A stretch of DNA of 32,000 bases from Okeania sp. (GTDB taxonomy: Bacteria > Cyanobacteriota > Cyanobacteriia > Cyanobacteriales > Microcoleaceae). Of this stretch, positions 26,119 to 32,000 are shown in pieces. The stretch is taken from the NCBI RefSeq assembly GCF_035285525.1, contig NZ_JAYKGW010000209.1, positions 13,264 to 45,263 of the forward strand, given 5' to 3'. The number at the start of each line of letters is the position of its first letter. Within the stretch, counting starts at the first letter, position 1. The translations under genes and the position numbers were made by a program. The notes under the pieces are model-generated. The model was not told the origin of the DNA. It worked only from the letters and a program-made list of their open reading frames with translations, and did not search any database.

Positions 26119-26850
26119 ATGGGAACAATAGGTATTATTCATTCTATAGAAACTTGTGGAACTGTCGATGGTCCGGGAATTAGATTTGTTATTTTCACTA
26201 AAGGTTGCCCTTTAAGATGTTTATACTGTCATAATCCTGATTGTCGTCATATTGAAGGTGGAAAGTCAACATCTGTTGATGAATTAATTTTAGAAATTAA
26301 AAAATATCAGTCTTATTTTAAATATTCTGGTGGCGGTGTCACGGTTACTGGAGGTGAACCTTTGATGCAGCCAGAATTTGTTCAAGAAATTTTTCAAAGA
26401 TGTCGGGAACTGGAGATTCATACTGCATTAGATACATCGGGATATGTGAATTTGAATGTTGCTAAACCTGTTTTAGAATATACGGATTTAGTCTTATTAG
26501 ACATCAAATCTTTTGACCCCAAAATTTACAAGAAAGTAACTAATGTTTCTATTGAACCAACCCTTAATTTTGCTCGGTATCTTAACGAAATTAATAAGCC
26601 AACATGGATCAGATTTGTGTTAGTTCCTGACTTGACAGATCCCGTAAATAATGTAACTGGTTTAGCTGAATTTATTGAGGATTTTAATAATGTAGAAAAA
26701 GTGGAAGTTTTACCTTTTCATAAAATGGGAGAATATAAATGGGAACAATTAGGATATGATTATCAACTTAAGACCACAGAACCTCCTTCAAATGAATTAT
26801 TAGAACAAACTATTAATATTTTTAAAAGTCATAATTTAGTAGTTGGATAA
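26119..26850 (+). CDS. pflA: Pyruvate formate-lyase activating enzyme (radical SAM)
   Basis: 243-aa ORF collinear with E. coli PflA: IHSIETCGTVDGPGIRFVIF, the radical-SAM cluster CPLRCLYCHN, and GGGVTVTGGEPL. Confidence 0.95.
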   Translation: MGTIGIIHSIETCGTVDGPGIRFVIFTKGCPLRCLYCHNPDCRHIEGGKSTSVDELILEIKKYQSYFKYSGGGVTVTGGEPLMQPEFVQEIFQRCRELEIHTALDTSGYVNLNVAKPVLEYTDLVLLDIKSFDPKIYKKVTNVSIEPTLNFARYLNEINKPTWIRFVLVPDLTDPVNNVTGLAEFIEDFNNVEKVEVLPFHKMGEYKWEQLGYDYQLKTTEPPSNELLEQTINIFKSHNLVVG

Positions 26851-26892
26851 AGTTAGTTTGGCTGGGAAAAAAGCTCTAAATTTTAGCTGTAA

Positions 26893-27126
26893 TAGGGGCG
26901 GATTTGTTTCAGTAATTAATAATGAACAATTAATAATTAATAATTACCTCCTCTTCAAAGAAGGGGATTGACTAATCATGAAAATTTTTGATTTATCGCC
27001 TTAAAAAGGGAGGCTTCAAGGCGTAAATTGTTGAATGAATAATTATTAACTATCACCTCTTAATTATTAATTCTTCCGTAAGTCTTAGAGTTAAGCATGA
27101 AAATTCTCACTAAAACCCGCCCCTAC
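26893..27126. mobile_element. Composite: GGGCGG(A/G)TTT...AAACCCGCCCCTAC element carrying a nested insertion
   Basis: The ends TAGGGGCGGATTTG and AAAACCCGCCCCTAC match the 75-bp copy at 11909-11983. The interior (about 26912-27073) holds AT-heptamer runs and the CCTCCTCTTCAAAGAAGGGG...CCTTAAAAAGGGAGG element, which is also seen at 27776-27885. Confidence 0.6.
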
Positions 27127-27885
27127 TGTTGCAATGTTTTAATTGTTTCATATCAAATCTACTTAATTTGGTAGAAAAAAATTTTAGATATTCAACCATT
27201 ACCAAATCTTTCTATATTTCCCCAGACTCCCCACACTCTTTTTATACCATTGTGTTTGAAAAAAGAATATTACAAATGAGCGATTAGAAATCTTGATCAG
27301 ATATAGTATAGATTTTGCCATAGCAGCCTCTTTTCAAATTGTTATTATATTAATACTATCGGAGATGTCTTCGGTAAATCCAGTTTATTACGAAACTCCA
27401 AAGCTAACAGATTTGATATAATTGATATGGTTAGATAAAACTGCTTTATTAGCAGGAAATTTAATGAAAGTTATTGAAGTAGTAAAACAGGGGTTGGCGA
27501 CTGTAGAACATAAAAATTTTGTAGATAATTTAGGCAATTAAATAAGGTAGCAATCCTAAATAGGTTATAAGATTTTATTGTAGAGGTTTGGTCTCCAAAT
27601 CTTTGGTTGGGTTTGGAGACCAAACCCCTACAGTTTTTTTCTCACAAATCATTCCTGACTGCTATATAATACAGTACATAATAACTTAATTATTTAATTC
27701 AACAACAATAAATCTTTTTTGTCAAACCTTATGTTAAGAAAGATGTGGTTCATTTCAGTTCTCAGTTATCAGTACCTCCTGGAATCAGGAGGCTTGAAAT
27801 ATGGAATTTTCTTTTTTTATCCTCTTCAAAGAGGATAATTTAGACCCAAAAATTTCGGTAATGGATAGCCTAAAAAGGGAGAAGT

Positions 27886-27920
27886 AATTATCAATTATCA
27901 ATTATTAACTATCAATTATT
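27886..27920. repeat. AT-rich heptanucleotide tandem array (AATTATC-like, 5 units) ending 1 nt before the kinase start codon
   Basis: AATTATC AATTATC AATTATT AACTATC AATTATT, then T, then ATG at 27922. Confidence 0.8.
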
Positions 27921-27921
27921 T

Positions 27922-29217
27922 ATGTTAGGTCCAGGAAAAATTTTAGAAGAACGTTACCAACTACAAAAACAACTCGGACGTACAATACCAGGCCGTAAAA
28001 CTTGGCTAGCATTTGATTCTGAACTGGAAGAACAAGTAATTATTAAAATGTTAGCTTATAGTCCGGAAATATTAGGGCAAGAATTAAGTTTATTTGAGGA
28101 AGAAGCTAAAACTTTACAAGCTCTAAATCATTACCAAATTCCTCGTTATCGTGATTATTTTTCTTTAGAAAAAGAAGCAAATTCAAGTTTACCTTGGTTT
28201 GCTTTAGTGCAAGATTATATTCCTGGTTTTTCTCTCCAAGAATTATTAGATAAAGAGCAAAAGTTCACAGAAGAAGATGTGATGAAAATTGCCCAAGAAG
28301 TATTAAATGTTCTGATTTATCTCCATGAATTAGAGCCTCCAGTTTTACATCGAGATATTAAACCTAGTAATTTAATTATGGGGGCAGACCAAAAAATTTA
28401 TTTAGTAGATTTTGGTGCAGTACAATCTCAAGGTAATAATCAGGGAGCAACTTTTACTATTATTGGAACTAGCGGTTATGCTCCTCTAGAACAATTTTGG
28501 GGGAAAGCAGTTCCGGCTTCAGATTTATATGCTTTGGGAGCAACTTTGATTCATTTACTAACTGGAATTTATCCGGCAAATTTACCACAAAAAAATTATC
28601 AGATTCAATTTACTGATAAGGTTAATATTAATCCTAACTTCGCTATTTGGATTAATAAAATGACAGAAATAGATTTAGAAAAACGCTTTCAAAGTGCCCG
28701 TGAAGCTTTGATATCTGTAGGATCAAAACCTCAACCTAGAAAAGTCTTAAAATCTCACAAAAATTCTCTAAAATTTAGCATTATTGTTAGTATCAATAAA
28801 TCTCCAGAAAAGATGGAAATTTATACTCATGCACCTAGTTTAAGAGAAATTAAAGAGTCTGGAGTTATCGGTGGTATTGTTTGTATATTTGTGGGTTTAC
28901 TTCTAACTAATTTTGTTTATGGAATCTTGTTACTAATTCTATTTTTGGCAGGAATATTTATTTTATTTGGAGAAAAGAATTATATTTATTTTGACCATAA
29001 TTGTTTTCAGGTAGAACGACGTTTATTAGATTTTACTTACGGAAAATATCAGGGAAATACTAGAGATATTATTGAGGTTTTTGCATCTAAACTTGCATCT
29101 GGATATGAAGTTATAATTCAATCTGAAAATGATAAATATCAATTAGATAAAGCAATGAATATTCAAGATAGTACATCCTTAGTTGAGGAAATTAACCAAT
29201 GGATAATTAATAATTAA
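27922..29217 (+). CDS. Ser/Thr protein kinase (Hanks type) with two predicted TM helices and a short C-terminal domain
   Basis: 431-aa ORF. Catalytic loop LHRDIKPSNLI, DFG, and APE-like SGYAPLE. The hydrophobic stretch is GVIGGIVCIFVGLLLTNFVYGILLLILFLAGIFILFG. Confidence 0.9.
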   Translation: MLGPGKILEERYQLQKQLGRTIPGRKTWLAFDSELEEQVIIKMLAYSPEILGQELSLFEEEAKTLQALNHYQIPRYRDYFSLEKEANSSLPWFALVQDYIPGFSLQELLDKEQKFTEEDVMKIAQEVLNVLIYLHELEPPVLHRDIKPSNLIMGADQKIYLVDFGAVQSQGNNQGATFTIIGTSGYAPLEQFWGKAVPASDLYALGATLIHLLTGIYPANLPQKNYQIQFTDKVNINPNFAIWINKMTEIDLEKRFQSAREALISVGSKPQPRKVLKSHKNSLKFSIIVSINKSPEKMEIYTHAPSLREIKESGVIGGIVCIFVGLLLTNFVYGILLLILFLAGIFILFGEKNYIYFDHNCFQVERRLLDFTYGKYQGNTRDIIEVFASKLASGYEVIIQSENDKYQLDKAMNIQDSTSLVEEINQWIINN

Positions 29218-29258
29218 TAATTAATAATTAATAATTAATAATTAATAATTAATAATTA
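29203..29258. repeat. Perfect heptanucleotide tandem array (ATAATTA x 8) overlapping the kinase stop codon
   Basis: Eight consecutive ATAATTA units. The last four codons and stop of the kinase (I I N N *) lie inside the array. Confidence 0.9.
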
Positions 29259-29584
29259 GGGATGGCTGAATAAATATAAAAACATTGATATTCTAAAGTT
29301 TTAGCATTTACAGAAAAATTGGGGTATGTGCCTCCTCTTTTAAAGGGATGAAAAAATACTCGATTCAGTATTTCCAGCCTCTGACTTTCGTCTGAGTTTC
29401 ACTCTCTACTGATAACTGATAAATGATGTATTAGGAAGTAGGGGAGTAGGGGAGAAACATTTTTGTAACCTACAGCTATTGCACCATTTAAGGTGAAACA
29501 ATGCACTACCAGTAGCTTTCTATCAGCCAACCCTAATTAATAATAAGGGATAATAGATAATGAAAACTATTTTTTTTATATGTA

Positions 29585-31684
29585 GTGGTGAAAAAACTTT
29601 TACACTTATTTAATCAGTACCGGGCAACGGCAGTAGTCGGATTAACAGGGATAACTATTTCGATTATTGCTATGCTCATTGTTTATTACTGGGAACTGGC
29701 CAAAGATCAAGAGCGGTTTCAACAACAATCTACTGTCTTAATCAATGAATTACAAAGACAATTAGATAATTACACCCAACTGACTAGAGCTGTAGGTAGT
29801 TTCCTAAATGGCTCTCAAGAAGTAACTCCCCAGGAATTTCAAGAATTTACAACCTCCTTACTACCTTACTATGACGGTTTGTTAGGATTAGGTTGGAGTA
29901 AAAAAGTAGAGAATCAGGAACGCTCCCTTTATGAGCAAAACTTACAAACTCAAGGGATAATAAATTTTAAGATTTATGAATATAACTCCAGAGGAGATAA
30001 AGTAATGGCAGGCGATCGCCCAGTCTACTTTCCTACAACTTATATTCAACCTTTAGAGCAATGGCAAGATTATATTGGTTGGGATGCTGCTTCAGACAGA
30101 AAACGTTGGCTGACTATAGAGAGAGCAGAACATACAAGAGTCACTGTGAGTACACCTTTAGTGCAGTTAGAAAATGGCAAATCAGGTTTTGCGATTTATT
30201 CTCCGGTATTTGGTTTTGATAACTTAGCTCCTCAATACCCTAACCGCGAACAAACTGATAACAATAAAAAATTTCAAGGAGTAGTATTTGGTTTTTATGA
30301 ACTTCGGACTTTGATGGAAAAAGCTACTAGCAATCTCAACCTTAAAGGAATTGATATTTATCTCTATCGTTTACCAAATGATTATTTAGATTCTGCTCTC
30401 AGGAAAACTGCTGTTACTAGCGCCGACTATTTCCTGATAGCATACAAAGCTGAATCCCAAAGTTTGACAGAATCTCCTGAAATTGCCAATTTAGAAGCTA
30501 TTGAAAGTCTGACAAAACAGCCACCATACCTATGTCGTCATAGTTCAGAGTGGCAATTTTGTGTCCGCTTAATTCATGGAGGACAAGAAAAGTTTTTGTT
30601 GGTAGTATCACCTGCTTCTAATCGTTTTATACCCGGTTACCTTCCTGAGGGGGTTCTGGTATTAGGCTTATTAATAACAGTTTCTTTGGTAATGTATTTC
30701 TATATTTCCCAGCAGGCAAGTTTAAAAATTGAGAGCAAAAACCGGGAATTAGAAAAATTATTGCAGGAACTACAGCACACTCAACTACAGTTAATCCAAA
30801 CAGAAAAAATGTCAAGTTTAGGTCGGTTGGTAGCAGGTGTTGCCCATGAAATTAATAACCCAGTTAATTTTATTTCGGGAAATGTAGAATATGCAGAAGA
30901 GCATTTCCAAGATTTGCTTGATTTGGTTAAGTTCTATCAAACCGAATATCCTGATTCCAGTTCAGAAATTGAAGCAGTTAAGGAAGATATTGATTTAGAT
31001 TTTATTGCCCAAGATTTACCGAAGTTATTAGAATCTATGAAAATAGGCAGCGAACGTCTGCATACAATAGTTTTGTCTCTGCGTAATTTTTCCCGGTTGG
31101 ATGAATCAAAAGTTAAGGAAGTCGATATTCACACAGGTCTTGAAAGTACATTAATGATTTTAGAACATCGACTCAAGACTCAACCTGATCGCCCAGAAAT
31201 TTTAGTGACTAAAGACTATGGTGATTTGCCTTTAATTGAATGTTATGCAGGTCAATTAAATCAGGTATTTATGAATATTTTGGCTAATGCTATTGATGCT
31301 TTAGAAGATAGTATTCGGTTAAAACAGTTAAAAGAGCGATCGCCTATGATTTCAATTACAACATCTCAAGTTGATACCCAGTGGATTTCAATTTCAATTG
31401 CCGATAATGGTCCTGGGATTAAGTCAGATATCGAAACTCGCTTGTTTGACCCCTTTTTTACAACTAAACCAGTTGGTAAAGGAACGGGACTCGGACTTTC
31501 TATTAGTTATCAAATTGTTTGTGAGAAACATGGGGGTTATTTATTCTGTCAGTCTGATGAGGGAAATGGTACGGAGTTTATTATTAAGTTACCAATTGGA
31601 AGGAGGAAGGAGGAAGGAGGAAGAAGATTTGAATTGGAAGGAGGAGGGAAGAGGAAGGAGGAAGGAGGAAGGAGGAAGATTTGA
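29585..31684 (+). CDS. CHASE-domain sensor histidine kinase
   Basis: 699-aa ORF with a GTG start. The N-terminal TM is followed by a periplasmic CHASE-like region (GLGWSKKV..., DRPVYFPTTYIQPLEQWQDYIGWDAASDRKRWLTIERAEHTRVTVSTPLVQL), a second TM and a coiled coil. H-box: AGVAHEINNPVNFISGN. N-box: QVFMNILANAIDA. G1: IADNGPGI. G2: GKGTGLGLSISYQI. The C-terminal 32 aa are repeat-derived. Confidence 0.9.
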   Translation: MVKKLLHLFNQYRATAVVGLTGITISIIAMLIVYYWELAKDQERFQQQSTVLINELQRQLDNYTQLTRAVGSFLNGSQEVTPQEFQEFTTSLLPYYDGLLGLGWSKKVENQERSLYEQNLQTQGIINFKIYEYNSRGDKVMAGDRPVYFPTTYIQPLEQWQDYIGWDAASDRKRWLTIERAEHTRVTVSTPLVQLENGKSGFAIYSPVFGFDNLAPQYPNREQTDNNKKFQGVVFGFYELRTLMEKATSNLNLKGIDIYLYRLPNDYLDSALRKTAVTSADYFLIAYKAESQSLTESPEIANLEAIESLTKQPPYLCRHSSEWQFCVRLIHGGQEKFLLVVSPASNRFIPGYLPEGVLVLGLLITVSLVMYFYISQQASLKIESKNRELEKLLQELQHTQLQLIQTEKMSSLGRLVAGVAHEINNPVNFISGNVEYAEEHFQDLLDLVKFYQTEYPDSSSEIEAVKEDIDLDFIAQDLPKLLESMKIGSERLHTIVLSLRNFSRLDESKVKEVDIHTGLESTLMILEHRLKTQPDRPEILVTKDYGDLPLIECYAGQLNQVFMNILANAIDALEDSIRLKQLKERSPMISITTSQVDTQWISISIADNGPGIKSDIETRLFDPFFTTKPVGKGTGLGLSISYQIVCEKHGGYLFCQSDEGNGTEFIIKLPIGRRKEEGGRRFELEGGGKRKEEGGRRKI
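31598..31680. repeat. Polypurine (GGAGGAAGG-type) low-complexity tract encoding the C-terminal tail of the kinase
   Basis: Two runs of near-pure A/G are separated by TTTGAATTGG. They translate as GRRKEEGGRRFELEGGGKRKEEGGRRKI. Confidence 0.85.
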
Positions 31685-32000
31685 AAACAGTCAGGACTTA
31701 GACAAAGATACTATATATAGAGTCAAAAAACTATTGTGCAATAGTTTGAAACACTATATCTATGGTCTATGGGTAAGTCATAATAGTAAAAACTTAAATC
31801 AATTTATGACTGACTACATTTTTCAGGTCAAAAGATTTGAAAACAGTCAGGACTTAGACAAAGATTATATAGAGTCAAAAAACTATTGTGCAATAGTTTG
31901 AAACTCCATATCTATAGTCTATGGGTAAGTCATAATAGTAAAAACTTAAATAAATTTATGACTGACTACATTTTTCAGGTCAAAAGATTTGAAAACAGTC
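31677..32000. repeat. Tandem repeat, period 152-156 bp, at least 2 copies, running off the window
   Basis: Units start at 31677, 31833 and 31985 (AGATTTGAAAACAGTCAGGACTTAGACAAAGAT...). Each contains a MITE-family copy (core AAAAACTATTGTGCAATAGTTTGAAAC) and a GTCATAA-N20-TTATGAC hairpin. The kinase stop codon (31682-31684) lies in the first unit. Confidence 0.85.

Noticed and set aside
31371-31901. 176-aa plus-strand ORF overlapping the kinase 3' end and the tandem array
   Set aside because: It is out of frame with the well-supported HATPase domain. Its downstream half is a translation of polypurine and MITE repeats.
1-32000. Scan for tRNA, rRNA, tmRNA or RNase P-like sequences, and for NtcA (GTA-N8-TAC) or FNR-type sites upstream of pflB
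   Set aside because: I saw no T-loop (GGTTCGAATCC-like) or rRNA signatures by eye. Only an ATGTT-N5-AACAT dyad at 23266-23280 was seen upstream of pflB, which is too weak to call without a search tool.

Overview
The window is a chromosomal segment from a filamentous, Nostocales-like cyanobacterium. It is AT-rich, I counted about 17 HIP1 octamers (GCGATCGC) by eye, and almost every intergenic region holds nested short dispersed repeats or MITE-like elements. No rRNA, tRNA or CRISPR array was recognised.

Genes in order:
- a LysR-type regulator (partial) divergent from a BicA-type SulP bicarbonate transporter
- a 1077-aa fusion of a PlsY-like membrane domain with a PEP-synthase/rifampicin-phosphotransferase-like dikinase module, preceded by a decayed duplicate of its own 5' end
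- an orphan excisionase-type HTH protein
- a dead IS5/Harbinger-type insertion sequence
- a cytochrome P450
- a 1.9-kb gene-poor AT-rich stretch holding one candidate 57-aa membrane ORF
- a DUF2993/LmeA-like protein
- a pentapeptide-repeat protein
- a PlsC-family acyltransferase
- a degenerate (His to Gln) histidine-kinase-like protein
- IctB
- a tandem retropepsin-like protease
- an FrhB-family reductase (BciB/HCAR-like)
- pflB and pflA (pyruvate formate-lyase and its activase)
- a Ser/Thr kinase
- a CHASE-domain histidine kinase

Observations most worth follow-up:
- the PlsY-like/dikinase fusion
- repeat sequence translated in frame inside or at the ends of three genes
- a MITE family with a 44-bp perfect palindromic core, and an HTH gene whose upstream region carries half of that core
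- tandem repeat arrays placed exactly in the lysR-bicA, pflB-pflA, ictB and bciB-like control regions

Functional calls rest on motifs read from the translations and on remembered family features. No database search was possible.
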